A DNA stretch of 64,000 nucleotides from an uncultured Nitrososphaerota archaeon (GCA_964518475.1 CAZFGR010000001.1:32001-96000), one strand, 5' to 3'; counted from the first letter of the stretch, positions 48,708-59,458 are shown. A program made the numbers and translations. Notes: generated from the sequence alone by a model not told the origin.

Positions 48708-49397
48708 TTATTTTCGCCACAAAATATCGTATGATCCATCAGCCTTCCCCACAATTACTTCAGCTTCGCGCGAAAAAATCCCGTTCTCGATAACCCCTGG
48801 AATAGCATTTAATTCCTTTTCTAATCCTGCATTCACTAATTCTAATGGGATATCTATGTCCAGAAGTATATTCCCATTATCACTTATGCAAGGACCTACT
48901 TTACACTTACTTTCTCTAACCCTGACCTTGAATCCTCGCTCTTTCAGTTCTCTGACAACATAGCCTATAGCAAAAACGTGTACTTCAACTGGTATTGGAA
49001 AAGAGCGATCAATCTTTGTATCATCCACAATTATTACCAATCGCTTTGCTGCGTAGTTTATTATCTTCTCCCTAAAAAGCGCCCCACCACCGCCTTTTAC
49101 CAGTACTTTATTCTCCAATAGAACAGAGTCTGCTCCATCAATAGTGATATCTAATTGATCATACTCCACCAATGAAGCTATTCTCACATTATTTTTCGCC
49201 AATAGAAAATGTGTTTCGTAAGATGATGGAACAGCAACTATGTCCTTAAGATTTTCCTCCCTTATTTTTTGCCCTAACAATTCTATGAAATGTCTGACCG
49301 TGCTACCGCTTCCGACTCCTATAACCATACCATCTTCAATAAAATCGCAGGCAACCTTAGCAGCTATCCTTTTTCTCTCTTCAATCCCTACAAACAT
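48708..49397 (-). CDS. rpiA: Ribose-5-phosphate isomerase A
   Basis: GVGSGST, DGAD, KGGGGALFREK, SDNGN and PGVIENGIF motifs. Confidence 0.97.
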   Translation of the reverse strand: MFVGIEERKRIAAKVACDFIEDGMVIGVGSGSTVRHFIELLGQKIREENLKDIVAVPSSYETHFLLAKNNVRIASLVEYDQLDITIDGADSVLLENKVLVKGGGGALFREKIINYAAKRLVIIVDDTKIDRSFPIPVEVHVFAIGYVVRELKERGFKVRVRESKCKVGPCISDNGNILLDIDIPLELVNAGLEKELNAIPGVIENGIFSREAEVIVGKADGSYDILWRK

Positions 49398-49472
49398 TAC
49401 TGATCACCAAAAATTTTACAACAATTATCATTTGGTTTATAATTCACTGTTGATAAGGAAGAGGGTAATAAA

Positions 49473-50180
49473 ATGTCGGACAAGGATCATGAGAGACGAA
49501 TGTTTGCCTCTATAGATTACAAGGGGAACTGGAATATAGGCGCATATGGTCTGGCCACTGATAAATTCGCTATCTTTGGAGAGGGATTTCGACCACAGAT
49601 TCTTAGACAAGCGAAAGAAGTTTTGAATGTGCCCCTTTATATCTTTAACGTGATGGATGAGCCGATTGTTGGGATCTTATTAGCAGCTAACTCACACGGC
49701 GTATTAGTACCCTTCCAGCTCAGTGATGAAGAAGTAAGTAAGCTTCGATCAATGCTTGATGTTCCAGTCGAAAAACTCTCCCTAAAAACATATGAAAACG
49801 CTTTAAGTAACTTGATACTTGTAAATGATAAAGCCGCGCTCATCCATGATGACATTCTCAGAAAAAACAAACACATCGCTAAAATTGTCGAGGATGTCCT
49901 AGATGTTGAACTTGTTGGTTACAAATTCTCCTTTGTAACGATCGGTTCTGTTGTAGGTGCTAATAATAGAGGTGCCCTAGCTCACCCGCTCATGCAAGAT
50001 GATGAATTAAATTTTATAAAGGAAACCCTAAAGGTACGCGTAGGAAAAGGCACAATTAATCTAGGTTCCCCATATATTGGAAGTGGCATGATCGTGAACT
50101 CCTACGGATTTTTAGTCGGAATCAAAACTACCGGTCTGGAAATACACAGAGCATACGAAATACTACTAAGAGAAGATTAG
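49473..50180 (+). CDS. eif6: Translation initiation factor 6 (aIF6)
   Basis: G..NIGAY, NSHGVLVP, NLILVND, HP and GTINLGSPYIGSG..VN..G motifs. Confidence 0.93.
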   Translation: MSDKDHERRMFASIDYKGNWNIGAYGLATDKFAIFGEGFRPQILRQAKEVLNVPLYIFNVMDEPIVGILLAANSHGVLVPFQLSDEEVSKLRSMLDVPVEKLSLKTYENALSNLILVNDKAALIHDDILRKNKHIAKIVEDVLDVELVGYKFSFVTIGSVVGANNRGALAHPLMQDDELNFIKETLKVRVGKGTINLGSPYIGSGMIVNSYGFLVGIKTTGLEIHRAYEILLRED

Positions 50181-50324
50181 AATACCACATATCCCCCACT
50201 TAATTTACCGCTTTTTATCTCCTAACACTCTACTAAGCGATACTTTTTTACTATTGAGCTATCCCGAAAATTTCTAGATTTCTCTTCGTAAAAGGAATTA
50301 ATGCAAGAAAATAGTAGTATACGA

Positions 50325-50381
50325 GAGCTCAGACGGGCTACAGCTCTTCATAGTTCCGCAACGCCAGGAATCATCATCGCC
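50325..50381 (-). ncRNA. Box C/D guide sRNA
   Basis: Minus strand: C ATGATGA, 12-nt guide, D' CGGA, C' ATGAAGA, 12-nt guide, D CTGA; intergenic. Confidence 0.88.
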
Positions 50382-50402
50382 AAAAACTCCTTCTAAGGAA
50401 TT

Positions 50403-51413
50403 ATGAATTATATTAATGTTATTTCAAAGTCTCTCTACCTAAAGCGGTGGTCAGCATTGCTGGATGAGATCTTAGAGCTTGATTTAAAAATATACAAATT
50501 TCAGCCAAAGAGGCTTCCAGTTATTTCGGGCTATGAAGCTATCAGAATCTTAGAACTAATTAATAATAAGAAGAAAAAAGCCGATAAGGTGGATATTAAT
50601 GTCGCTCTAGGACGATTCCCGGATATTCCCTCAGAGATTTCTGGGGATAATATTACATTTCAGTACCTTGGAAAAAACTACTACTTATCCATATCAGCAC
50701 TTGAGAGATTTAGTAAATGGCCTCACCGGATATTTGCCATAGAAGATGATCAAGAAAAACCCTTAATGAGTTACTCGAATAATCATTTTTACCAACTAAT
50801 CGCTTTAGGGCCTAGAGTATCACCAACAATAGAGATTAATGGTATAAGGATGCATAGAACAGAGGAAATAACACCCTTTTTAGATGCGAAACTAAAGGTA
50901 CTCCCGCTAAAAATATTTAAGGGTGCCAAAATTCTCGACATCTGCACTGGTCTTGGCTACACATCTATTTGGGTTAGTCGTTTAGGGGGAGATGTTCTAA
51001 CGATTGAGAAGGACCGTAACGTTTTAGAGCTAGCTGAGTATAATCCATGGTCCTACGAGCTTGAGAAGATACCGATTATCCTTGAAGATGCTTTAGTCGC
51101 TATTACTAAATTACCAACGAATTATTTTGATAGAATTATTAATGATCCTCCCAGATATTCCTTGGCAGGAGAACTATATTCTAGAGACTTTTTCCAAGAA
51201 ATTTTCAGAGTTTTGAAGCCTGGTGGTATGCTTTTCCAGTACACGGGTAATCCTCAGGAAAAATACCGTGGTAAAAAAATTGTGAAGGGAATTATGGAGA
51301 GACTGAGAAGTGTTGGCTTTCGTGTAAGACAGTATAAGAAGGCTCTAGGATTGCTTTGTATTAAGCCGAGACACACGTTTTCTGATAATTATGAAATCTT
51401 TCGAACCACATGA
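50403..51413 (+). CDS. Archaeal SAM-dependent methyltransferase
   Basis: PTIEINGIRMH, LDICTGLGYT, NPWS and DPPRYSLAGELYS motifs. Confidence 0.88.
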   Translation: MNYINVISKSLYLKRWSALLDEILELDLKIYKFQPKRLPVISGYEAIRILELINNKKKKADKVDINVALGRFPDIPSEISGDNITFQYLGKNYYLSISALERFSKWPHRIFAIEDDQEKPLMSYSNNHFYQLIALGPRVSPTIEINGIRMHRTEEITPFLDAKLKVLPLKIFKGAKILDICTGLGYTSIWVSRLGGDVLTIEKDRNVLELAEYNPWSYELEKIPIILEDALVAITKLPTNYFDRIINDPPRYSLAGELYSRDFFQEIFRVLKPGGMLFQYTGNPQEKYRGKKIVKGIMERLRSVGFRVRQYKKALGLLCIKPRHTFSDNYEIFRTT

Positions 51414-51893
51414 TGGACATTCTAGTAACACGGGATTAAAGACTTCTCCACAAATTTTGCATTTCTTGTACGCTCTAAGAACCACTTTGATTTTTCTATC
51501 AATAACAGACTCAAATTCTATACCGAGGTACGCGCAGAGATTCTGAATCCCGTAATCCTCAGTAAATACTATGACTTCATGACCTCTCCTGATCAAATCA
51601 AGTGCTGTCGCTATCACACTTATATCTGTTCTAGATAAATCATTAGATAGGCCTAACTGATTTGCTATTCTAACAACATCTTCAATAGATTTTTTGGCTG
51701 GTTCTATTACAGAGAAAGCTATTTTACCAGTTTCCAGAAGAAATTTGGTTTCAACATCCTTGATTTCTTTTAATACGATAGATGGGATTATGAATATGCA
51801 TTCTTGAAGTGGTTTACTGCTACGCAATATCCTAAGAATAGATGATGTATCCAGGACGCAGTATTTTCTAGAATCCTTAGGATATTCTCGCAT
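51345..51893 (-). CDS. nob1: NOB1-family PIN endonuclease
   Basis: VLDTS, LSRTDISVIA, TEDYGIQN and a CxxC...CPxCG Zn ribbon. Confidence 0.9.
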   Translation of the reverse strand: MREYPKDSRKYCVLDTSSILRILRSSKPLQECIFIIPSIVLKEIKDVETKFLLETGKIAFSVIEPAKKSIEDVVRIANQLGLSNDLSRTDISVIATALDLIRRGHEVIVFTEDYGIQNLCAYLGIEFESVIDRKIKVVLRAYKKCKICGEVFNPVLLECPSCGSKDFIIIRKRVSRLNTKQS

Positions 51894-52125
51894 GAGCTTC
51901 AGCTTCCTTCTCTTTACTTTTAGTTAAGAAAATAGCGAATTCTGGACAGATATACTCACACATTCTGCATCCTAGGCATTTTTCTGGATGGGCGGGTGTG
52001 ACTGGGTGAAAGCCCATTAAATTTATCTTGTCGGGAGAGAGCTCAAGAACTTTTGGTGCACAAACATATATACAAAGACCACACCCCTTACAACGCTCCT
52101 CCAATACATTAATTCGCCACATCAC
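51877..52125 (-). CDS. 2x[4Fe-4S] ferredoxin (2-oxoacid oxidoreductase delta-like)
   Basis: CKGCGLCIYVC and CLGCRMCEYICPEFAI. Confidence 0.9.
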   Translation of the reverse strand: MMWRINVLEERCKGCGLCIYVCAPKVLELSPDKINLMGFHPVTPAHPEKCLGCRMCEYICPEFAIFLTKSKEKEAEAHARIS

Positions 52126-52159
52126 TGAACACCGGCTAGATCTACATAACCCTTTATCG

Positions 52160-52954
52160 TCACTGACTACTTGTTTTAAGAAACTTTAGTAGTGAAGGTA
52201 GCATCTCTTTTTTAATTGCATTATATACTTCCGACCCAAATATAGCCTCAAAAAAGAAATCGGACTTATCCTTAGCCATTCTTATAAAATTAACAAAATT
52301 ATCCCTCTTCATCTCCATTGAGAGTTTGTTAAGAACTATTGCTATATGAGTCAATAAGGACCCCCCAAAATTCTCGGTACGAATCTTAGCTCCAACTTTC
52401 TTCAACTGAACTATTGTTTTATGTGTAGGGTAAACAATTTTCAGATTCTCTAATTTTGAAACTGCGGGAGTATCGATAGCTAGGATGCCGATCGTTCCCT
52501 TTGGAACATAATCCAGTAACTTAAGGAACTTCACCAATTTACTGTTAGCATAAATATAAAGGATGTCTGGTTGAGACTCTATGATTTCTAGTACCTCATC
52601 TGCTACACCAAAAATTTCAAAGTATTTTTTTATGTCATCAATGCTTAGAGAGTCTAGACATTCTCTATATGGGAAAACCAGATCTTCTTCGGTAAGAACT
52701 TGAAACGGGGTTAGGAAGTATATTTCAAAATCAATAACATCAATGCTCTTCAGAATTTTTATTGCCTCTAGTAAGCCCTTGTTTCTCCCAACAGAAAAAA
52801 CCCTAAGCGCCGTGCTTGGAGATATTTTATATTTGTTATACGTTTCTTCGATAAATTCTCGAAGACCACCAGCATCTATTATGTCCTTCACGCTTATTTT
52901 AGATTGGGGGAAGCAAACGTCTTTAATGAGCGCTACCAACCTTATTTCATCCAT
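52160..52954 (-). CDS. Hypothetical protein
   Basis: 264-aa ORF; no recognised motif. Confidence 0.6.
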   Translation of the reverse strand: MDEIRLVALIKDVCFPQSKISVKDIIDAGGLREFIEETYNKYKISPSTALRVFSVGRNKGLLEAIKILKSIDVIDFEIYFLTPFQVLTEEDLVFPYRECLDSLSIDDIKKYFEIFGVADEVLEIIESQPDILYIYANSKLVKFLKLLDYVPKGTIGILAIDTPAVSKLENLKIVYPTHKTIVQLKKVGAKIRTENFGGSLLTHIAIVLNKLSMEMKRDNFVNFIRMAKDKSDFFFEAIFGSEVYNAIKKEMLPSLLKFLKTSSQ

Positions 52955-53090
52955 TCTCTTTATGCCTCATTTACCCATCTGAAAACATTTAAACACTTTT
53001 TAACGATAAAGCTTCTTCTTAACAAATTCTTGTTCAAGATATTTAAGCTAAAATATCATCTAGATAGCTTTATTAAACGGTGAAAGAGGA

Positions 53091-54407
53091 ATGAATTATA
53101 CAAATATACTACAGAGCGACTACTTTATCATACTTGCAGGCTTTCTCGTAGGTGCTATAATCGGTTTAGAAAGGCAATTCTCGACTGAGAAAGAGTTCAG
53201 TTCAAACATCGGGGAAAGAATGCCCGGAATTCGCACCTTTGGCCTAATATCTTTACTAGGAGCTATTTCTGCCCTGTATTTTAGAAAATATCAGTTGAAA
53301 GAAATGTTGATTTTCAGTATCATTGTTACGGTTGTTTTAATTATTGTTTACTCAATCCTGAGAGCTATGTATTATACGAAGGATATTGGTATTACAACAG
53401 CAACAGCAATGTCCCTTGCCTTTATCTCTGGCACAATTATTGGGTTCGGCGACATCGTACTGGGAATAACTCTCTCAATATTCACAACGTTCATTCTAGC
53501 TATAAAACAGACATTATCAAATCTCATCCAAGGATTAGAATATAACGAGATAAAATCTGCTTTACAGATAGGCATTCTAGCTCTACTATTGTTCCCCTTA
53601 ATTCCAGATGTTTATGATCCAATATTTCATGTTATCAACCTTAGGATATTCTTCCTATTCCTAATCCTCGTACTCTTCATAAGCTTCATAGCCTACATAA
53701 TTTTACGCCGATTCGGACCAATGCAGGGTCTATTAACATTCACAGTAATGGGTGGTCTAATAAATTCTGAAGCTACAGCAATGAACCTAATAAGAATATT
53801 CGAAAGGGGGGCAAGGGAATATGCCTCTGATAAAATACACCAAGCGATCTCTACTGGTGTTTTATTAGTAAACATTTCAATGATTGTTAGAACCATCTTC
53901 TTAGTAAGCATACTTGCTTGGTGGGATGTGGAGTTTATAAAATATATTTCCCTCCTACTGGGACTACCAGCTCTCTTCGGGATTTTACTAGCATATTTAC
54001 GATTCCATGTAATCTCTGAAAGTAAAGTAGCCGAAATACAATTAGAGAGCCCTCTCTCATACAAAAAAGCTCTGAAATTTACATTAGCCTTTACAGTAAT
54101 CACGTTCCTCACAATACTAGTTGAGGAAATAATGCCTTTACATGGCTTATTACTGGGAAGTATAATTGGAGGATTCGTCAGTAACTCAGCCGTGATTTTA
54201 TCCGTAATATCTCTCTACGCTACTAAAAATACTCTCTCCTTTAAGGAGACTCTAGAGGCGATTTTAGCTAGTACAATATCTAGTATCCTTAACAAGGTAT
54301 ACTACGCGAAAGTAGCTGGAGCTAACGCTAGTGTTATCCTTAGAATACTCACGGATAATATCATCCTCGCACTCCTGATGTTAATACTATTCTTAATTAT
54401 GGTATAA
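53091..54407 (+). CDS. MgtC/SapB-DUF4010 membrane protein
   Basis: GAIIGLERQ, GIRTFGLISLLG, IGITT and GGL..S.A motifs; many TM helices. Confidence 0.9.
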   Translation: MNYTNILQSDYFIILAGFLVGAIIGLERQFSTEKEFSSNIGERMPGIRTFGLISLLGAISALYFRKYQLKEMLIFSIIVTVVLIIVYSILRAMYYTKDIGITTATAMSLAFISGTIIGFGDIVLGITLSIFTTFILAIKQTLSNLIQGLEYNEIKSALQIGILALLLFPLIPDVYDPIFHVINLRIFFLFLILVLFISFIAYIILRRFGPMQGLLTFTVMGGLINSEATAMNLIRIFERGAREYASDKIHQAISTGVLLVNISMIVRTIFLVSILAWWDVEFIKYISLLLGLPALFGILLAYLRFHVISESKVAEIQLESPLSYKKALKFTLAFTVITFLTILVEEIMPLHGLLLGSIIGGFVSNSAVILSVISLYATKNTLSFKETLEAILASTISSILNKVYYAKVAGANASVILRILTDNIILALLMLILFLIMV

Positions 54408-54437
54408 GGATCGCACAATTATTCGGAGGATACAGGC

Positions 54438-55226
54438 ATGGATCCAGAAAAACTCCTAGACATTCTCCTAGAGATCCTCCGTAGCATCGATTACAAGAGG
54501 ATTCTACAACAGAGAGGAATACGCGGATATAACCCATCTGGTGACGAATCATTCTTATTTGACGTCATCGTTGAAGAAAGAATTGCAAAAATGCTACGAA
54601 AAAAACAGTTTGAGGGAGAGATACGAGGTGAGGAGAAAGGGAACTATGGTGGAGATCCCTCCAAAGGCATCATAATCATCGACCCCGTCGATGGTTCCAC
54701 AAACGCTCACCAAGGCATACCATTCTACGCAACTCTCATAGCCTACGCAGAAAATGACCACCTAAACGATATCCAACTAGGCATCGCCTACGCACCCTCT
54801 CTAAGAAAAACTTACTGGGCGATAAGGGGCAAGGGAGCATACCTAATAAATGGAGAAAACGTAAGGAAACTAACAATTCCGCGAGAAAAAACGCTACCGA
54901 GACCCCTCATAGAAGTCACGTCAACATATACCCTAAAACATGCCGATAAAATCAATAAAATCGGGAAAATACGCCACTTTGGATCCATAGGCCTAGCAAC
55001 TTGCTTAGCAGCAGAAGGAAAACTAGCAGCCGTCATCGATATAGGGAGAAGAACAAGAATACCAGATATCGCGGCCCCAAGCCTAATAATACGAGAAGCA
55101 GGCGGCGACATCGTAATTGACACAAAAAGACCCTTAGAACCAACCACACGACTAAACTTCATCGCCGGCCACAAAGAATTCGTAGGGATACTAGCGAGAA
55201 CATTATGGTACAGAAGAAGGAAATAA
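54438..55226 (+). CDS. Inositol monophosphatase / FBPase class IV family
   Basis: GEE, IIDPVDGSTN, RHFGS and DIAA..LI..EAGG motifs. Confidence 0.92.
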   Translation: MDPEKLLDILLEILRSIDYKRILQQRGIRGYNPSGDESFLFDVIVEERIAKMLRKKQFEGEIRGEEKGNYGGDPSKGIIIIDPVDGSTNAHQGIPFYATLIAYAENDHLNDIQLGIAYAPSLRKTYWAIRGKGAYLINGENVRKLTIPREKTLPRPLIEVTSTYTLKHADKINKIGKIRHFGSIGLATCLAAEGKLAAVIDIGRRTRIPDIAAPSLIIREAGGDIVIDTKRPLEPTTRLNFIAGHKEFVGILARTLWYRRRK

Positions 55227-55228
55227 GA

Positions 55229-55302
55229 TGGTGCGCCGGGCGGGACTCGAACCCGCGCCACCGGCTTGGCAGGCCGGCATCCTTCCGCTAGACTACCGGC
55301 GC
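55229..55302 (-). tRNA. tRNA-Gly(GCC)
   Basis: Reverse complement reads GCGCCGG...CCGGC-CTGCCAA-GCCGG...GTTCGAGTC...CCGGCGC-A-CCA. Confidence 0.95.
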
Positions 55303-55644
55303 ATCCCAGACTCCTAATCCTCCATAGTCTTAGATATTACTAATTAGAGATCAATTATAAAACTTTCACTAATAGGGGAAGCTTGGAGGAGCACATCCTA
55401 TAGAAACTTCACCCATACCCATTTCCTGATAACTACCCTCCTGATTTCATCATTCATAACTTAGATTTTCTGGAAATTTCAGTAATATACTCCCTATTTC
55501 TGATCAGTGTAGAAGGTTAGCGTATAGTTAATTCTTGAAAAATCTTTTTATGAAATATAAAGCAATAGATAGTTCTTAAAGAGACTCTTGAATTGAGAAA
55601 ATCCATAATATTCTTACTTAGAAAAATTTGACGTAATATCATAG

Positions 55645-55700
55645 AGCATGATGAAAACCCGGTCCTGGGATTTCAATGACCGGACGCAGCAGATCTGAGC
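55645..55700 (+). ncRNA. Box C/D guide sRNA
   Basis: C box ATGATGA (55648-55654) and D box CTGA (55695-55698); GC-rich guides in an AT-rich intergenic region; internal D'/C' boxes degenerate. Confidence 0.7.
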
Positions 55701-55826
55701 AATTAGCATAAATAGTATTGTTTTATTCCCGATAGGCGTCTTAGTAACTAGTTAGCGCACCATAACATAAATAGTAAATATAATAAATGTTTTCGTCCGA
55801 AGCAATTAGTTACTAACGGAGAAGCA

Positions 55827-56501
55827 TTGGAGGGGTTGAGTTTGTCTATAAAGGAGAGAATGGAACTAAAGGGAACAACTACAGTGGGCTTAGTTTTCAA
55901 GGATGGAGTTGTAATTGCGGCAGATAAAAGAGCGAGCGCTGGAACTTTTATTGCTAGTAGGAGAGCACAGAAAATCTACGCGATAACTAATAAAATAGTA
56001 TTTACGACATCTGGTCTAGTAGCTGATGCTCAGATCTTGGTAAGATGGATTCAAAACCATATTCGTAGGTTAACAATAGAGAGGGAAAGAGAACCATTAG
56101 TACGCGAAGTTGCTAATTTAACATCAATTCTTATGCACAATTATTTCAAAAGTTTGCTGCCTTTTCAGGTACACTTCATAATAGGGGGATTAGATGTTCT
56201 TGGACCTCATATATTTTTCTTAGATCACTCTGGAGCTGTGCAAGAGGATAAATTCATGGCTACGGGTAGTGGATCCCCAATAGCTTTTGGTGTATTAGAA
56301 GCCTACTATAAGGATAGGATGGATCAAGAAGAAGCAATAATGCTTGCTCTTAGAGCACTGAGATCCGCAATAAGGAGAGACGCAGCAACTGGCGATGGAA
56401 TAGATCTTGCTGTTATTACAGAAAAAGGTATAAGATTTTTCAAGCCAGAAGAAATTGATGCGTATCTTGCTGATCTTAAAAAACTTCTTGAGGAAGGTTA
56501 G
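55827..56501 (+). CDS. psmB: Proteasome subunit beta
   Basis: KG/TTTVG autoprocessing site, AADKRA, GLVADAQ, TGSGS and RDAATGDG motifs. Confidence 0.97.
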   Translation: MEGLSLSIKERMELKGTTTVGLVFKDGVVIAADKRASAGTFIASRRAQKIYAITNKIVFTTSGLVADAQILVRWIQNHIRRLTIEREREPLVREVANLTSILMHNYFKSLLPFQVHFIIGGLDVLGPHIFFLDHSGAVQEDKFMATGSGSPIAFGVLEAYYKDRMDQEEAIMLALRALRSAIRRDAATGDGIDLAVITEKGIRFFKPEEIDAYLADLKKLLEEG

Positions 56502-56558
56502 AAAGTCTCATTCCCACTTTTTTAAACTTTCAGAAAAATTTTCAGGGAGGCGTAAAGC

Positions 56559-58136
56559 GTGCAAACGGCGACCCTATCAATTCCTATGCGTAAAAGTGAA
56601 AAACCAAGGGTTCGGATTAGGGGCATCTACGCAACCGCGCTAACAAAGATTTTTCTCGATAATGGTTTTGAGATAATACAGCCAAGTGAAGTTGTTGCTA
56701 AAAGGTTTTCTCTATCAACGGTTCGTTATCTTTCTCCGCAAATTGACATTGTAGACAAGCCTGATAAACATGGTGTTATAATAGAGAGTTTATCAGAGAT
56801 GACTGACAGAGTGAGCAAAATACTTTTTGATGAATTATTGGATGTGATAGTTCATAAATCAAAAGTCCAGAAAGGAGCGGTTTACAAAGGGATAATCTAT
56901 AGACCTGCACCCTCTGGAGGATACATTGTAAAACTAACACCAAATCTTGATGGTTTGCTACCAGTTGAAGAAGCTACGAAACAATCATTAAAATTGGGGG
57001 ATACAGTATTAGTTGAGGTAAAAAATCCAAATTCGAACGGATTACCGATCGTGTCCATGAAAATAACTATCCCCGGCGACTTTGCTGTATTGATTCCAGA
57101 AGAATCAGTACGGGTTTCTCATAAAATTAAGGGAGGAGCTCGTTACAAATTACTGGAGCTTGGAAAAATCCTAAGACCAGATGGTTGGGGAATTGTATGG
57201 AGAACTGGTGCAGCGAATGCGGAACTAGAGGAGTTACAGGAAGAAATTAAGATCCTACATGAACAAGCAGAAAAATTACAAGAACTAGCAGAAAATTCTC
57301 CAGCGCTTGTGAAGTTGAGAAATGGATTCGACATAGTCACAGTGGAATTCCCATTTATGAGCAAGACTAAACTTGATGAGATACGTGCACAAGTATTCAA
57401 CACAGTTAAGTATCATCATCTGTTTAAGACATATGGTAACAATATTACGAGATTAGTAGATTTTGCAGAGAAGTATCTATCTCAACATATCTCAATAGAG
57501 AAGATAAATAATGCCCTAAGAGAGTATTTTACTAACGAAATTTTATTCTCAGAAGGTAGAGTAATAAAGATTCACCATATAAAGATCTATGGTCGGGAAG
57601 TAATACTAGGGCCCGCGAAGATAATAATGCGTAAGAATACTGATACTGAAAGAGTTGAGTACAGGCTACATAGGAGATTTATGCCTGGTGGGTATTACGA
57701 TGGTATAGGAGCTCCTAAAGAAGCTGGCGACTATGGAGTAACGATTGTTAGATTATTTGATGACAAGTTAATTACAGCCTACTTCTCCATAGAGAATGAT
57801 TTGAAAGGAATTTACATCAATATTAACACGCCAATAGAGCCCGGCAACGATGGCTTCCGATATATAGATCTCGAAATAGATGTGGTTCTTACGCAGGAGA
57901 ACCAAGTAATGATCCTAGATTCGCAAAAATTGGAAAGATACGTGAATGAGGGAATAATTTCGCAAAACTTGGCAGACTTCGCGAAGAAACGTGCGGAAGA
58001 ATATAAAGAGTGGCTAGAAAATAAGGGAGTGGAAGAGATTCTAGGAATATGTGACGAAGTTCGTAGAAAACTAGAAGAATCAATAGAAACAGATGAAAGC
58101 ACGGAAAGCCTAGAAGATCAACTAATGAGTGGTTAA
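56559..58136 (+). CDS. fau-1: FAU-1 / AubA RNA-binding ribonuclease (S1, RNase E/G-like, DUF402)
   Basis: VRIRGIYATALT, WGIVWRT, G.YDG.G, Y.NINTP.E and RYIDLEIDV motifs; start probably ATG 56586. Confidence 0.88.
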   Translation: MQTATLSIPMRKSEKPRVRIRGIYATALTKIFLDNGFEIIQPSEVVAKRFSLSTVRYLSPQIDIVDKPDKHGVIIESLSEMTDRVSKILFDELLDVIVHKSKVQKGAVYKGIIYRPAPSGGYIVKLTPNLDGLLPVEEATKQSLKLGDTVLVEVKNPNSNGLPIVSMKITIPGDFAVLIPEESVRVSHKIKGGARYKLLELGKILRPDGWGIVWRTGAANAELEELQEEIKILHEQAEKLQELAENSPALVKLRNGFDIVTVEFPFMSKTKLDEIRAQVFNTVKYHHLFKTYGNNITRLVDFAEKYLSQHISIEKINNALREYFTNEILFSEGRVIKIHHIKIYGREVILGPAKIIMRKNTDTERVEYRLHRRFMPGGYYDGIGAPKEAGDYGVTIVRLFDDKLITAYFSIENDLKGIYININTPIEPGNDGFRYIDLEIDVVLTQENQVMILDSQKLERYVNEGIISQNLADFAKKRAEEYKEWLENKGVEEILGICDEVRRKLEESIETDESTESLEDQLMSG

Positions 58137-59458
58137 ATCGTAATTTTCTTTTTCTTTATTTTATCGAAAATAGCATTCACACGGTTTGTCCACTCAAAAA
58201 TTTTTTCTGGATTATGGGGGTAATTCAAATAAAGATCCTGAACAATTGCTGTGTACCGCGCTATATCTACCAAGCTCCAAAAAATTCTGGGTTTAAGAAT
58301 ATTTGTCAGTAATGCAAGACTAACGTGCAGTATAGTATTTAGATCAAAAGACATCCTTTCTGGGAGCGCTGAAGCGAATAAATACAAATTTTTGGGAGAG
58401 AACTTTTGCACAAAAATCCGTAGAGCATCTAACATAGCCAGCATCCAGCCACGATCTCTCATGAATCTAATGTTAAATTCCCATAAATCATTAGTAGACG
58501 GAGGATTATCAGAACTATTAAGAGTTTCTATCAAAACGTTACTGGCAACCTTAGCTACATATAGAGCTCCGTATATTCCGCCTTCGAAAACAGGGTTACC
58601 ATGAGAAGCTGCATCACCTAAAACCATAAATCCATTGAAAACACTGGAGGATAAAGGTCTACGAATCGGGAGCACTCCATATAATCTTCTTGCAGGTCTC
58701 TGTTTGATTCTTAGAATTCTCCGCAAATACACCAATCTATCACTTAATGACACACCATCTGGAAGAGGGGTCAAACCGAGACCAATAATAGTTTTTCTCT
58801 CTAATGGAGTTATCCAGCAGTATCCTCCGGGGGCTAAAGTATTCGAGAGGATTATTGTGGGTGTTTCAAAATCAGAGGTGTTTGGAATTTCATCTACTCC
58901 CCCAACAATTAGATCATTAAGGCTAATTTCTGTCTCCGGCAAGTATCCCGTTAGTCTTTTTCTGAGAGTTGCATTAAATCCTGTAGCATCAATGGTGACT
59001 AGGCCTCTTTGAACTTTCTCATCACTCAGCATAAATCCACTAACATAGGAATTCTCAAGGACAAGATTCTCAACCTTTTTACAAGTAAAAACGCCCACGC
59101 CGACTTCTTTTAATCGCTGAAGTATCTCTTGGCCGAGTTTTTCTCTATTTATGTGGACTAAATCGAGTCTAATGCGAGAAAGTTCGTTGAACCTCTCGTC
59201 AAAAATTGTTATGTGCTTAAAAGACTCATCCACGACATTTTCAACATCAATGTCCATTTCCTTCAAAAAGTCAATTACTTTCTGCGAAGATAAGCCTCCA
59301 CAAGCTTTATTACCCAGAAAATCTTGATTTTTCTTATACTCAAATAGAGCAACTCGAAAACTCTCTGAGGCTAACTTATAGGCGAGAAAACTCCCAGCAA
59401 AGCCTCCACCAGCAATTAGCACATCATAATCATAACTTTTCCTTAACATTAAGAACAC
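58133..59458 (-). CDS. Geranylgeranyl reductase family FAD oxidoreductase (second paralog)
   Basis: GGGFAG, KACGG, DATG, APGGYCWITP, PIRRP and GDAA..GNP...GGI motifs. Confidence 0.85.
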   Translation of the reverse strand: MFLMLRKSYDYDVLIAGGGFAGSFLAYKLASESFRVALFEYKKNQDFLGNKACGGLSSQKVIDFLKEMDIDVENVVDESFKHITIFDERFNELSRIRLDLVHINREKLGQEILQRLKEVGVGVFTCKKVENLVLENSYVSGFMLSDEKVQRGLVTIDATGFNATLRKRLTGYLPETEISLNDLIVGGVDEIPNTSDFETPTIILSNTLAPGGYCWITPLERKTIIGLGLTPLPDGVSLSDRLVYLRRILRIKQRPARRLYGVLPIRRPLSSSVFNGFMVLGDAASHGNPVFEGGIYGALYVAKVASNVLIETLNSSDNPPSTNDLWEFNIRFMRDRGWMLAMLDALRIFVQKFSPKNLYLFASALPERMSFDLNTILHVSLALLTNILKPRIFWSLVDIARYTAIVQDLYLNYPHNPEKIFEWTNRVNAIFDKIKKKKITI

